A stretch of 64,000 bases of DNA from Magnetovibrio sp. (GCA_002709525.1 PARE01000027.1:9403-73402), one strand, 5' to 3'; shown: positions 1 through 10,366, counted from the stretch's first letter. Notes: a model not told the origin generated them from the letters alone. Numbers and translations are program-made.

Positions 1-1
1 T

Positions 2-1498
2 CAATCTTTTGACCCCGATATCGACTGGACATCCAAGTTGCTCTTCGCGGAACACCACCAAAGCCATGCCGCGTCAGCATTTTACCCCTCGCCCTTTGAT
101 GAGGCGGTCGTCCTTACCATGGACGGAGTCGGGGAATGGGCGACAACCTCAGTGGCCATTGGCAAGGGAAATAGATTGGACGTTATCAAGGAGCTGCATT
201 TTCCACATTCCTTGGGGCTTCTGTATTCGGCATTCACCTACTATTTGGGCTTCAAAGTGAACTCAGGCGAATACAAGGTCATGGGTCTTGCCCCATATGG
301 AGAGCCTCGGTTCAAGGATACCATTCTAAAAAATCTGATCGATTTGAAGGCGGATGGCACGTTTCGCTTAGATCAGCAGTATTTCGACTATTGTACCGGC
401 CTGTGCATGACAAACAAAAAGTTCGATGCCCTGTTTGAGGGCCCAGCCCGTACTCCCGATAATTTGCTGACCCAGAAGCATATGGACCTTGCAGCATCCA
501 TCCAAACAGTGACTGAAGAAATTGTACTCCGCTTAACCCGATCGCTGGCCAAAGAGATACAGATTGAAAACCTGTGCCTTGCCGGCGGCGTCGCTCTCAA
601 TTGCGTGGCCAACGGCAAAGTCCTCCGCGACGGCGCCTTCAAACGTATATGGATCCAGCCGGCGGCCGGCGATGCCGGCGGCGCCCTTGGTGCCGCGCTG
701 TCCGCGTATCACCTTTTTGGAGGTGCGCACCGAACTAAGGCAACCGGCACAGACCGCATGGGGGGCTCCTACCTGGGGCCGGCCTACACGGATGAGGATG
801 TTGCCACACGTCTCACGGCGGCGGGAGCTAATTTTACCCTCATGAACGACGACCAAGTCATGGAGAATACCGTTTGCGCCCTCACCGACGGCAAAGCGGT
901 GGGCTGGTTTCAAGGCCGTATGGAGTTTGGGCCGCGGGCGCTTGGTGGCCGCTCGATTCTCGGCGACCCGCGCTCACCGTCGATGCAGAAAACACTCAAC
1001 CTGCGGGTCAAGTACAGGGAGTCTTTTCGTCCCTTTGCTCCGTCGGTCCTTCGTGAGGACGTCGACCAGTGGTTTGAGTTGGACAATGACAGTCCTTACA
1101 TGCTGATCGTCGCAGACGTTGTGGGCAGCCGCCGCATCGCCATGACCAGCGATGAAAAGGCCCTATTTGGAATCAAAAAACTAAATCTTACCCGCTCTGA
1201 AATTCCGGCCGTAACACACGTTGATTATTCAGCCCGAGTTCAAACCGTGCATCGTGAGACTAATCCCCGCTATCACCGATTACTCAACATGTTCAAAGCC
1301 GCGACCGGATGTCCGGTCTTGGTCAACACAAGCTTCAATGTCCGGGGTGAACCCATAGTCTGCACACCCGAAGACGCGTTCCGTTGCTTTATGGGCAGCG
1401 ATATTGAAGTTTTGGTAATTGGCAACTGCTTCCTGAAAAAGGAAGATCAGAACTCGGACTTGAAACTCGACTACAAGAACGCTTTTGAACTCGATTAA
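2..1498 (+). CDS. carbamoyltransferase (NodU/CmcH family), 5'-truncated by the window edge
   Basis: The frame is open from nt 2 (QSFDPDIDWTSKL precedes the TTG at 38), so the gene starts upstream of the window. Family hallmarks: HHQSHAASAFYPSPF, VVLTMDGVGEW, YKVMGLAPYG, and C-terminal NTSFNVRGEPIVCTPEDA. A full-length paralogue sits at 57000-58805. Confidence 0.85.
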   Translation, partial: QSFDPDIDWTSKLLFAEHHQSHAASAFYPSPFDEAVVLTMDGVGEWATTSVAIGKGNRLDVIKELHFPHSLGLLYSAFTYYLGFKVNSGEYKVMGLAPYGEPRFKDTILKNLIDLKADGTFRLDQQYFDYCTGLCMTNKKFDALFEGPARTPDNLLTQKHMDLAASIQTVTEEIVLRLTRSLAKEIQIENLCLAGGVALNCVANGKVLRDGAFKRIWIQPAAGDAGGALGAALSAYHLFGGAHRTKATGTDRMGGSYLGPAYTDEDVATRLTAAGANFTLMNDDQVMENTVCALTDGKAVGWFQGRMEFGPRALGGRSILGDPRSPSMQKTLNLRVKYRESFRPFAPSVLREDVDQWFELDNDSPYMLIVADVVGSRRIAMTSDEKALFGIKKLNLTRSEIPAVTHVDYSARVQTVHRETNPRYHRLLNMFKAATGCPVLVNTSFNVRGEPIVCTPEDAFRCFMGSDIEVLVIGNCFLKKEDQNSDLKLDYKNAFELD

Positions 1499-1528
1499 TG
1501 GGGACGACCATCGGTAGTGCGATTCAAT

Positions 1529-2809
1529 CTAAAGCCGCCAAATACGGCGGCCCTCGGTCGGCGATAGGTCCGGCCATATCCTCTTTAGATCTACCAATAA
1601 ACCGTTCGGCTTAACCAAATCATCGACAGCCGAGGCTGCCATGGCGCAAAAAGAGTCGTGCGCGACGGCACCGATAATCGCATCATAGGGCTCTGTATTG
1701 TCTATTGTTGGCTTCAAGACTAAGCCATAGAAAGCCTGGACATCTTCCGACGAGGCAATGGGGTCGTAGATTTCGACGATATGGCCCTTCGTCGCCAAAG
1801 CCCGGATCATATCGACGATTTGGGAATTTCGAAGATCGGAAACATTCTCCTTAAATGTCAAGCCAAGTACCAGAACACGGCTTGGCACTTGCAGGAGTCG
1901 ATCTATTTCATCAGCCACATAGCCAGCCATACCGTCGTTGATTCGTCGTCCTGCAAGAATCATTTCGGGATCAAAATTAGCTTCTTCAGCAGCGTGCGCA
2001 AGATAATAGGGGTCAACCCCAATACAATGCCCGCCAACTAACCCTGGGCGGAAATCCAAAAAATTCCATTTTGTGCGTGCTGCAGCCAATACATTGTCCG
2101 TGTCGATCCCCAAACGGTTAAAAATCATGGCAACTTCGTTTATAAAAGCGATGTTGATATCGCGCTGTGCATTCTCAATGACCTTCGCCGCCTCCGCGGT
2201 GCGAATATCAGGCGCCCTGTAAACACCTGCTGGAATGACCGAGCCATAAATCGACGCCAATAACTCCGTGATGTCCGGGGTTTGACCGGCAACCAGCTTA
2301 GTAACCTTGTCGATAGCATGTTCCCGATCGCCGGGATTTATTCGCTCTGGCGAATATCCCAAGAAAAACTCTTCGCCACACACAAGGCCGGACGCAGTTT
2401 CCAATATGGGGCCACAGATATCCTCCGTGACCCCTGGGAAAACCGTACTTTCGTAAACGACGACATTGCCTGGCTTTAAATATTGCCCGACCTCTTGGCT
2501 GGCGGAAGCCAACGCCGACAAATCAGGCTTGTTCTCGTGGTCGATAGGTGTAGGGACGGCAATTACGTAAACATCGGATGGAGTACCTACATCAAGATCG
2601 CCGATAAACTTGATACTTGAATTTACCAGCTCCTTCGAAGATATCTCGCCCGTGCGATCATTGCCCGATGTGAGCTCGTTTATGCGCGCTTGATTAGCGT
2701 CAAACCCGGTGACAGAAAATTTTCGGGCCAAAGCTATCGCCAAAGGCAGCCCCACATATCCAAGTCCAACGACCATAATTTTTGGGTCATTTTGCCGAAT
2801 ATTATTCAT
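1529..2809 (-). CDS. nucleotide-sugar 6-dehydrogenase (WbpO/TviB-like UDP-HexNAc dehydrogenase branch)
   Basis: 426 aa. N-terminal Rossmann motif MVVGLGYVGLPLAIALA and catalytic-Cys region GLVGGHCIGVDPYYL. Length and layout fit the UDP-glucose/GDP-mannose dehydrogenase family. Confidence 0.8.
   Translation of the reverse strand: MNNIRQNDPKIMVVGLGYVGLPLAIALARKFSVTGFDANQARINELTSGNDRTGEISSKELVNSSIKFIGDLDVGTPSDVYVIAVPTPIDHENKPDLSALASASQEVGQYLKPGNVVVYESTVFPGVTEDICGPILETASGLVCGEEFFLGYSPERINPGDREHAIDKVTKLVAGQTPDITELLASIYGSVIPAGVYRAPDIRTAEAAKVIENAQRDINIAFINEVAMIFNRLGIDTDNVLAAARTKWNFLDFRPGLVGGHCIGVDPYYLAHAAEEANFDPEMILAGRRINDGMAGYVADEIDRLLQVPSRVLVLGLTFKENVSDLRNSQIVDMIRALATKGHIVEIYDPIASSEDVQAFYGLVLKPTIDNTEPYDAIIGAVAHDSFCAMAASAVDDLVKPNGLLVDLKRIWPDLSPTEGRRIWRL
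1534..1551 (-). terminator. candidate stem-loop at the convergent gene junction (GCCGCC-N6-GGCGGC)
   Basis: Perfect 6-bp GC stem with a 6-nt loop. On the minus strand it is followed by TTTAGATT and overlaps the dehydrogenase stop codon. It lies 36 nt after the plus-strand carbamoyltransferase stop. The stem is short and there is no long U-tract. Confidence 0.25.
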
Positions 2810-2942
2810 TTCTTGCTTTTCGGTACGGTTGAGATCAGTTTCCTTAGTTCAATACCTTTGAGGTGTGTTAATTGAAAGTCAATCTATGTCGATCACCCTA
2901 AAAAATTGACTGAAGATTTTTTCGTATCTCGTACCTTCATCC

Positions 2943-4226
2943 TTGATTTTTGCACCCATGGATCGGTTACCGACCACAGCACCTTCGTTCGATACCACAA
3001 TGACCTTCGCGGTACTTACGGGACTTGCTATCCCCAATTTGGTATTTGGTCGAGCGGTTTTTGCCATAACCGCCAGCCTTGCCCTCCTAGCTTTGCTCAT
3101 TTCCCCGTTGCGGACCAACAGTTGGAGTGCACTCGTTTGTCAAGCCCGTTCACCTATCGGCCTCTTCATAGGTCTGATCATCCTAAGTTGGAGTGTAAGT
3201 GCTCTGGCGTCAGAGTTTCCAATCCGCGCCCTGGAGGCCAGTCTGCGAACGGGCATCTTTTTAGGTGCCGCCGTTCTATTTTATGCCGCTCTTCTTGAAG
3301 ATCGAGCATTGGCCACGCGGTGCCTGAAGACCCTTGTCGTCCTGACCATTGTAGGCACCTCCTTCGCCCTAATTGCGTCGACGGTCTTACCGGAAATCTA
3401 TTGGGCGCTTCGGTTCAAGGGCTTGCGGACAACGCCGCTGCAGACTGAGTTTAAAAGCTACAGCGCGTTGATCGTTCTTGTCACCCCACTACTTCTTATA
3501 GGTCTTTGGCGATTTAACAATTTGTGGAGGATTGGATCAGCCGTTGGTATCATTCAATTCGCGGCAATTACTTGGATGTCTTCGAACCGGTCCGCCATTG
3601 CGGGTTTACTTGTCATGGCAATGACCTTATCCGTGGCCCAAATTTTCCGGCCAGCTTATCGTAGAAGGGCCGCCGGCATAGCCTGCGGATTTATGTTTAT
3701 ATTAGTGGGCGTCATCGTGTGGCTATACACCTCTCGTTTACAGATTGCGACAAGTCGCGCGCCGGAGGGAGATTGGCTTTTCCCCGTATGGCTCATCGAT
3801 TTTCAACGTCAAACCGTCTGGTCATTCACCTTAAATATTTGGGAGCGCGCGCCCTGGTTGGGCGTCGGACCCAATACAATTAACTTCTCTCCGGGTGCGA
3901 ACGCACCTATGCCTGGGGATGAGAAACTTCACATTATTCCCGGCCATCCACATAATTGGGTTGTCGAACTATTAGCAGAAACTGGCTCCATCGGCTTTCT
4001 CATATTGGTTGCCGCCATTGGGTGTATTTCTTATCTTTGGATACGCTGGTACGCGAGGAGCGGAGATATCGCTGTAATGAGCGCATTGCTCATCTTTGCT
4101 GGATACTGGGGCTCGGGATTATTTAATTTCTCCTATTGGGCCGCTTGGTGGCAATTTAGTCTCTTCATGGCCTGTGCAATCGCACTGTCACATGTTCAAG
4201 AAACTAAAAGTCAGTCGGTCGTATGA
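2943..4226 (+). CDS. O-antigen ligase / Wzy_C-family polytopic membrane protein
   Basis: 427 aa with many hydrophobic segments. The loop ...IIPGHPHNWVVELLAETGSIGFLIL... resembles the Wzy_C (O-antigen ligase/polymerase) signature region. Confidence 0.6.
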   Translation: MIFAPMDRLPTTAPSFDTTMTFAVLTGLAIPNLVFGRAVFAITASLALLALLISPLRTNSWSALVCQARSPIGLFIGLIILSWSVSALASEFPIRALEASLRTGIFLGAAVLFYAALLEDRALATRCLKTLVVLTIVGTSFALIASTVLPEIYWALRFKGLRTTPLQTEFKSYSALIVLVTPLLLIGLWRFNNLWRIGSAVGIIQFAAITWMSSNRSAIAGLLVMAMTLSVAQIFRPAYRRRAAGIACGFMFILVGVIVWLYTSRLQIATSRAPEGDWLFPVWLIDFQRQTVWSFTLNIWERAPWLGVGPNTINFSPGANAPMPGDEKLHIIPGHPHNWVVELLAETGSIGFLILVAAIGCISYLWIRWYARSGDIAVMSALLIFAGYWGSGLFNFSYWAAWWQFSLFMACAIALSHVQETKSQSVV

Positions 4227-4285
4227 CTGCGTCTTGGATTTGCCGGATATCACTTAATTTGACACGCTAGCACCTCGCTTTAACG

Positions 4286-5434
4286 TTGGCGCTCTGTTTG
4301 ATGCATACATTCTCCCCCTCTCCTGATTGGTCGGATCTGTTTTTTGGCACTCTCTCCGCCATGCAACGACCAACCGCCACCAAAATGCCATGGTGTTCCA
4401 GCAACGACGATGCAATTTGGTTTTCAAGCGGCTCCGCCATTCTCACTAATATCGCTCGTATCTTCGACAATGATCTTGGAACGAGCCCGCCAATCATCTG
4501 GCTTCCCGATTATTTTTGCGATTCGGCAACCCGTGGTCTTCGAGACATCGGCACTAAAGTTCGGCACTATCCCATTACCTCAGCTCTGGAGCCGGACTGG
4601 CAGGCTATGCATCAGATGTTAGAGGATCAACGCGCCCCTGATATATTTCTTCTGGTCCATTACTTTGGCAAAGGGGCGGACGCCATTCGTGCCAAAGCAT
4701 TTTGCCGAGAGGTAGGCGCGCTTCTTGTAGAAGATGCGGCGCATGCGCTCATGGCCCATGGTGATATAGGTCGCTACGGAGATGCTGTTTTCTATTGTCC
4801 CCATAAAGTTCTGGCCGCACCGAACGGCGCAATTTTGGTGCAGCGCCATAGGCCGTTAGCCATCGATTCGCTTAACAACCAGCTACGAATTGACGTTCCT
4901 TCGATCTGGATTACAAGACGGATCGTCCAAAAACTTCTCCCCGCTACCATGCTGCGCTTCCGAGTTCGTAACCTTTCCACTTTTTCAACAGACCTCCCTG
5001 GGAAACCGTTCGATCCAAACGAGCGACCGACTTCCGTCGGGCAATCTATGATCGATCGATATGCGGACCGTCTGAGAGAAATCGCAGCCAAACGAAAACG
5101 CGCAGCAGAGTCTTGGCGTTCGGCGTTTTGGGCACACGGCGGACACTATTCTGCCTTTCTTTCCCAGATCGAAGAAGGCCCAATGCCGTATCGCTTTATC
5201 GTCAAATGCCCGGACATGGCCTTGGCTGTCAGACTTTTTGACGCATTCCGCACCTCAGGTGTCGCCGTCGAGAGTTGGCCAGATCTCGCGCCCGAGGTTC
5301 GAACAAACGCGGCGGCTCATCAGGTGGCACTCGAGCTTCGGGAGACCCTGCTGTTACTTCCTTTGTTCCAAGTGAAGCCGTCGACAGTAGAGCCAATCGT
5401 TAAAAGATGCCTCCATATTGCACAGCGCATCTGA
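4286..5434 (+). CDS. DegT/DnrJ/EryC1-like (fold-type I PLP) protein, divergent
   Basis: GALLVEDAAHAL followed by GDAVFYCPHKVLAAPNGAIL resembles the DegT 'xEDxAxAxG ... SFxxxK' layout. The true start is uncertain (TTG at 4286, or later ATGs). Confidence 0.45.
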   Translation: MALCLMHTFSPSPDWSDLFFGTLSAMQRPTATKMPWCSSNDDAIWFSSGSAILTNIARIFDNDLGTSPPIIWLPDYFCDSATRGLRDIGTKVRHYPITSALEPDWQAMHQMLEDQRAPDIFLLVHYFGKGADAIRAKAFCREVGALLVEDAAHALMAHGDIGRYGDAVFYCPHKVLAAPNGAILVQRHRPLAIDSLNNQLRIDVPSIWITRRIVQKLLPATMLRFRVRNLSTFSTDLPGKPFDPNERPTSVGQSMIDRYADRLREIAAKRKRAAESWRSAFWAHGGHYSAFLSQIEEGPMPYRFIVKCPDMALAVRLFDAFRTSGVAVESWPDLAPEVRTNAAAHQVALELRETLLLLPLFQVKPSTVEPIVKRCLHIAQRI

Positions 5435-5638
5435 AGCGTCATCTAAGCGGACTGGTAGCCCACAGATTGCGATGCGACCAGGGTCTGGTGAAGCAAGCGC
5501 GTCCGACCCCCGTTGTCTCCGTGTTGAGCGTAAATTTTCTTTGCAAGGCTGAACCCGACCTGCTATGTCCCGCAGACTTTTGTTATTCATTTTGTGGTGT
5601 TGGGATTTCAACAAGGGTTCTTCTAGATTAGTACGCCC

Positions 5639-6643
5639 ATGAAAAAGGCATTGATTTCCGGTATTTCTGGTCAAGATGGGTCGTATCTAGCTGAGCTTCT
5701 CATTTCCAAGGGATATGAAGTTCACGGTATCGTCCGGCGTTCATCTATTCTAAACATCAACCGAATCGACCATCTTCTTCAACCAGGCGAGATGCACGGC
5801 GAGTCACTAAAGTTGTACTTCGGTGACGTGACGGATAGCAGCCGTCTAGCTGATCTCATCGATAGAATTGAACCCGAGGAAGTCTACAACCTTGCGGCTC
5901 AAAGCCACGTAAACATTTCATTTCACGAACCAATTCACACCTCAGAAGTTGTTGCGCTTGGGGCACTAAAAATGCTCGAAGCAGTCCGCAAATCCGGCGC
6001 GAGTCATATCCGATTCTATCAGGCAACGACGTCCGAGGTTTTTGGAAATGCAGGCGTCTCACCACAAGATGAGCACACGCCATTCCATCCCGACAACCCC
6101 TATGCCTGCGGCAAGGTGTTCGCCTTCCACCAAGTACGCTTATACAGGGAGGCCTATGGGCTTCACGCCTCAAATGGTATCCTTTTCAATCATGAAAGTC
6201 CGCGGCGCGGAGATAATTTTGTCACGCGCAAGATTACACGCGGATTGGCGCGAATTGTCGCGGGCAGGCAAAACAAACTTGCCCTCGGGAACTTGGACGC
6301 CCGCCGCGACTGGGGTCACGCGAAAGATTACGTCGAAGCTATGTGGATGATGATGCAACAGGCATCTAGCGATGATTACGTCATCGCCACTGGCAAGAGC
6401 CACAGCGTTCGGGACTTTCTAGATGCTTCATTTGGATTATTGGGCCTAGACTGGTCGACTCATGTGGTCTCCGACCCCGAACTTCTTAGGCCCGTCGATG
6501 TTAACGAGTTTATCGGTGATTCCAGCAAGGCCCGCCAAGCATTTGGTTGGGAGCCAAGAATCTCACTTCGAGAGATGGCTCGTGAAATGGTGATCACCGA
6601 TCTATTACACGAAGGTATCGATGTGGCACAGTTTGGTTTGTAA
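5639..6643 (+). CDS. gmd: GDP-mannose 4,6-dehydratase
   Basis: MKKALISGISGQDGSYLAELLISKGYEVHGIVRRSS, ATTSEVFG (Thr/Glu catalytic pair), YACGK (YxxxK), NHESPRRG, RDWGHAKDY. This is a textbook Gmd. Confidence 0.92.
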   Translation: MKKALISGISGQDGSYLAELLISKGYEVHGIVRRSSILNINRIDHLLQPGEMHGESLKLYFGDVTDSSRLADLIDRIEPEEVYNLAAQSHVNISFHEPIHTSEVVALGALKMLEAVRKSGASHIRFYQATTSEVFGNAGVSPQDEHTPFHPDNPYACGKVFAFHQVRLYREAYGLHASNGILFNHESPRRGDNFVTRKITRGLARIVAGRQNKLALGNLDARRDWGHAKDYVEAMWMMMQQASSDDYVIATGKSHSVRDFLDASFGLLGLDWSTHVVSDPELLRPVDVNEFIGDSSKARQAFGWEPRISLREMAREMVITDLLHEGIDVAQFGL

Positions 6644-6745
6644 AACGAACGACAAATGAAATTTAAATCGGCCTGAAACAATGACTAAGAGCTTGGCCAA
6701 TAAACAAACGATGCGACTATCCGCGGCCATAAGTGACGGTCGCCT

Positions 6746-7711
6746 ATGAGTGAGCGCGCCTTCATCACAGGCATACTGGGACAAGACGGATCCTACTTGA
6801 ATGAAGCGCTTTTGGGTGGTGGCGTTGAAACTATGGGCAGCGATAGAACCTCTGTGCTCGACGGAAGAAGTGGCGCGTACCAACGACCCTTCGACATTTG
6901 TAACCCGCAACAAGTCCGCGCCTGGATTGCAGATTGGAAACCGACCCAGATATATCACTTGGCCGCGATCCACGGATCTTCTGAGGCTCCCACGGAAGAC
7001 TCTGCAGATTTGTTTGTCCAATCGTTAAAGGTTCATGCTATTGGACTTGCCAATCTTTTGGAAGGAATTCGAGCCGAGGCGCCAGAAGCCCGATTGGTAT
7101 TCGCTGCGTCTTCACGCGTCTTTGGCATGCCTGTCGAAAGCCCGCAAGACGAAAACACATCGATGATTCCTATCAGCCCCTATGGCATCTCCAAGGCGGC
7201 CGGCATTGGTATCTGCACGCATTACCGAAGTCAGTATGGCATTCATGCATCGTCGGCTATTCTTTATAATCACGAGTCACCCCGGCGGTCCGTAGGTTAT
7301 GTCACGCAAAAGATTGTTCGAGCGGGCGTTGCCATCAAACGCAGACAGCAGAACCGCCTGGTTCTTGGCAACTTAGGCGCACGGGTGGATTGGGCGCACG
7401 TCATTGATCACATGCGCGCGCTTCGCCTTATTATCGATGCGTCCTCACCGGGAAACTTTGTTGTAGCAAGTGGCGAACTAAATTCAGTTCGCGATTTTGG
7501 CACTCAAGTATTTGATTGCCTTGGTCTTGATTTCGACGCTTATGTGGATGAGGACCGCACTCTAATAAGATCCATCGAACCAGAGGCAGAGCTTGTTGGA
7601 AATTCAGAGAAACTAAAACGAATGACTGGTTGGGAACCAAAGTTTAGTTTGAAGGAGTTGGTCCAAGACATGGTGGACGCAGAATTGGCCCGATCATCTC
7701 TGGACAGCTGA
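6746..7711 (+). CDS. Gmd-like extended SDR lacking the dehydratase Glu (possible GDP-4-keto-6-deoxymannose reductase/epimerase)
   Basis: ITGILGQDGSYL, YGISK, NHESPRR and GNLGARVDWAHV align along the whole length with the upstream gmd. The TSE motif reads SSR (AASSRVFG). Confidence 0.7.
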   Translation: MSERAFITGILGQDGSYLNEALLGGGVETMGSDRTSVLDGRSGAYQRPFDICNPQQVRAWIADWKPTQIYHLAAIHGSSEAPTEDSADLFVQSLKVHAIGLANLLEGIRAEAPEARLVFAASSRVFGMPVESPQDENTSMIPISPYGISKAAGIGICTHYRSQYGIHASSAILYNHESPRRSVGYVTQKIVRAGVAIKRRQQNRLVLGNLGARVDWAHVIDHMRALRLIIDASSPGNFVVASGELNSVRDFGTQVFDCLGLDFDAYVDEDRTLIRSIEPEAELVGNSEKLKRMTGWEPKFSLKELVQDMVDAELARSSLDS

Positions 7712-7969
7712 TGACACGCGCTCGCAAGCTAATATCTCTCGTAACGCCACAGCTGTCACATCTGGTATACCCTTGTTCCAAGTTCAAGATCGACCATCCG
7801 GAGACTCAACTTCTCTCACTTGGAAATTCAGTGCAAGGTCATAGATATCTGGCATATCGTCCTCAGGGATTTCCCAAAAATCACCATGGAAGGCTGACCC
7901 AATACCAGCCGGTCATTAGTGGAACCGACGAAGCCGCATCTCACCGCTCTTTGAACAATCGAATCTTCC

Positions 7970-9289
7970 GTGATTTTCGCGGCTATCCGCTATGTGCCAA
8001 ATATGACCGACACGGGCCGTTGGTTCCTGCCTATGGCTGAGAACGATCGCGGCCTTGCGGCCTGGTGCTTATACGACTGGGCTAACTCTGCCTTCCCGAC
8101 GGTTCTTACCACCTTCGTATTCGCCGCATACTTCACAAAGAACGTAGCTGCAGATGAGGTGAGTGGAACCAGTCAATGGGGCGTCGCCATGACCCTGTCG
8201 GCACTCGCCGTCGCGGTGATGGGGCCGATTTTAGGCGCCGTCGCGGACAATACCGGTCGTCGCAAGCCATGGTTAGCGCTATTCACGCTGATCGCCGCCT
8301 TGAGTGCCATTATGCTGTGGACGGTAAAACCGGACCCTGCCTTCATATTCCATGCCTTGTTTTGGATCGCGCTGGCCAATTTCGCTTTCGAGATGAGCAT
8401 GGTGTTTTACAATGCAATGCTGCCCGATCTGGCCCCTGCAGAAAAACTCGGCCGCTGGTCTGGCTGGGGATGGGGGCTAGGCTACATCGGCGGCTTGGTT
8501 TGCTTGGGGGTCATTCTCATCGCTTTCGTACAGGCCGATATTCCCCTATTCGGATTGAATAAATCGGCGGCAGAAGAATTGCGGATCACAGGCCCGTTCG
8601 TGGCGGTTTGGATGGTGACATTCGCCTTACCGCTTTTTTTATTGACCCCGGATAAAACCGCAACAGGAAAGACCATCAGCGAAGCAATCCGCGACGGTCT
8701 GAGCGCCCTCTCCCAAACCTTCCAACAACTCAATAACTACAAGGAAGCGGGATGGTTCTTGCTTGCCCGCATGATATACACGGACGGTCTCAATACGTTG
8801 TTTGCCTTCGGCGGGATATATGCCGTAGGCACATTTAATCTGACCTTTGAAGAGTTGATCATCTTTGGAATCGCTATGAACCTAACTGCGGGCCTAGGCG
8901 CCGTCGCTTTCGCCTGGTTAGATGACTGGATTGGGCCAAAGGTTGTGATCTTGATCTCTTTAGCCAGCCTATCGGTTTTGGGCGGCGCCTTGCTTGTGGT
9001 ACAAAGCCAGAGCTTATTCTGGGCCTTCGGCTTACCGCTGGGATTATTCGTAGGTCCAGCCCAGTCGGCAAGTCGCTCCATGATGGCGCACATCGCGCCC
9101 AAGAGCATGCGCACAGAATTCTTTGGGCTTTACGCTCTTTCGGGCAAAGCCACCGCGTTTCTTGGGCCCGCCTTCTTGGCCTGGGCAACTTCCACCTTTG
9201 AGAGCCAACGCGCAGGCATGACGACAATAATAGTTTTTTTTCTTGTTGGCATGGTTTTGATAATGAGAGTGCCGGCCGTAAATCGTTGA
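7970..9289 (+). CDS. MFS transporter, UMF1 (Atg22-like) family
   Basis: AWCLYDWANSAFPTVLTTFVFAAYF is the typical UMF1 N-terminal signature, and the protein has about 12 hydrophobic segments. The more likely start is the ATG at 8033 (MAENDRGLAAW...). Confidence 0.7.
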   Translation: MIFAAIRYVPNMTDTGRWFLPMAENDRGLAAWCLYDWANSAFPTVLTTFVFAAYFTKNVAADEVSGTSQWGVAMTLSALAVAVMGPILGAVADNTGRRKPWLALFTLIAALSAIMLWTVKPDPAFIFHALFWIALANFAFEMSMVFYNAMLPDLAPAEKLGRWSGWGWGLGYIGGLVCLGVILIAFVQADIPLFGLNKSAAEELRITGPFVAVWMVTFALPLFLLTPDKTATGKTISEAIRDGLSALSQTFQQLNNYKEAGWFLLARMIYTDGLNTLFAFGGIYAVGTFNLTFEELIIFGIAMNLTAGLGAVAFAWLDDWIGPKVVILISLASLSVLGGALLVVQSQSLFWAFGLPLGLFVGPAQSASRSMMAHIAPKSMRTEFFGLYALSGKATAFLGPAFLAWATSTFESQRAGMTTIIVFFLVGMVLIMRVPAVNR

Positions 9290-9293
9290 TTGC

Positions 9294-9941
9294 ATGTTGT
9301 TCGCGAGGCATAGTCGCGCTATGACCTTTCCAGATCAAAACTTTGACAATATTGCTGCCTTCTCTCGGGCATACTTTGACCAATTGAACCGCGCAGTTGC
9401 CACCGTTGATAATACAAAGTTGCAAGAAGCCGCGCTAACCTTGGGTTCGGCCTTTGATCAGCGCGCGTCGATCTATGTCTGCGGTAACGGAGGTTCGGCG
9501 GCGATATCAAATCACTTCATTTGTGACCACCTTAAAGGCGTTCAGACAGACACTAAAGTCCTACCGCGCATCGTTTCATTGGTATCCAATACGGAAACCA
9601 TCACCGCGGTAGCCAACGATATTTCTTACGATGATGTTTTCGTCTATCAGCTAGCTACTTTAGCTGCGTCTGGAGACGTATTGGTCACCATCTCGTCATC
9701 GGGCGATTCTGAGAACGTCGTCCGGGCTGTGCAATGGGCCAAAGGAAATGGTTGTAAAACAATTTGTATGACCGGCTTCGGTGGCGGCCGAACAGCTGCT
9801 TTAGCAGATATCAATCTGCACGTGGAGGGCGACAATTACGGCATAGTTGAGGATATTCATCAGAGCCTGATGCACATCCTAGCCCAGTTTCTGCGCCTGC
9901 AATGGATCGACTCGGATCTCATTGCGGAAAAGAAGTTTTAA
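9294..9941 (+). CDS. gmhA: SIS-domain sugar-phosphate isomerase, GmhA-like (sedoheptulose-7-P isomerase)
   Basis: VCGNGGSAAISNHFICDH, VLVTISSSGDSENVVRAV, TICMTGFGGG and EDIHQSLMHIL follow the GmhA/DiaA SIS pattern. The likely start is the ATG at 9321. Confidence 0.65.
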   Translation: MLFARHSRAMTFPDQNFDNIAAFSRAYFDQLNRAVATVDNTKLQEAALTLGSAFDQRASIYVCGNGGSAAISNHFICDHLKGVQTDTKVLPRIVSLVSNTETITAVANDISYDDVFVYQLATLAASGDVLVTISSSGDSENVVRAVQWAKGNGCKTICMTGFGGGRTAALADINLHVEGDNYGIVEDIHQSLMHILAQFLRLQWIDSDLIAEKKF

Positions 9942-10015
9942 GGGCGCACATAATCATCGCGAGGGAACGCCGCCAAGTTTAAAAAGCACCGAATGGTCGG
10001 TCCTTTGCGAAGCAG

Positions 10016-10330
10016 ATGAGCAAGCTAGAGAAGCACATGAAGCGCCTCATCGAAATATCACCCTTCCTCGTTCTGCCGAAACCCGGCCTTGATGGCCTTG
10101 GATATACAACGTCACGCGGCGAAGAACCGGGATTTGTGCACATTCTCGGTGACAACACCATTGCCGTTTCGCATCAGCCAGGAATAATTGGCTCAATACG
10201 CTCACCAGCATACTAGCCTATCGCTAGGTAGTACTGATCTTAATTTATTCCTGGCGACAACGGAACTCTTCGCATTAACGGCAAAGTAAGTTCTATCCCG
10301 ACTTCTTTCTTCTCGCCCTCTTTAAGTTGA
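10016..10330 (+). pseudogene. decayed pyridoxamine-5'-phosphate-oxidase-family (FMN-binding split-barrel) gene remnant
   Basis: LIEISPFLVL...TSRGEEPGFVHILGDNTIAV..QPG, then four in-frame stops (TAG, TAG, TGA, TAA at 10214-10246), then in the same frame FIPGDNGTLRINGK. From memory this matches the conserved SPRGDxPGFVxVLD...PGN...L(F/L)xPGxxETLRVNG layout of that family. Confidence 0.4.
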
Positions 10331-10366
10331 AAGGGCATTGATAGCTGAAACTCGGCTAATCACTTC

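Noticed and set aside
5447-5459. ops/JUMPstart-like sequence (GCGGACTGGTAGC) upstream of gmd.
   Set aside because: The RfaH ops core GGCGGTAG is contiguous, whereas here it is interrupted by ACT. No other JUMPstart features are present, and the genome style looks alphaproteobacterial, where RfaH/ops is not expected.
7711-8040. 109-aa plus-strand ORF filling the gap between the gmd paralogue and the MFS gene.
   Set aside because: It has no recognisable motif and an odd composition, and it overlaps the MFS start region. The gap is more simply an intergenic or promoter region. The short minus-strand frames here are under 25 codons.
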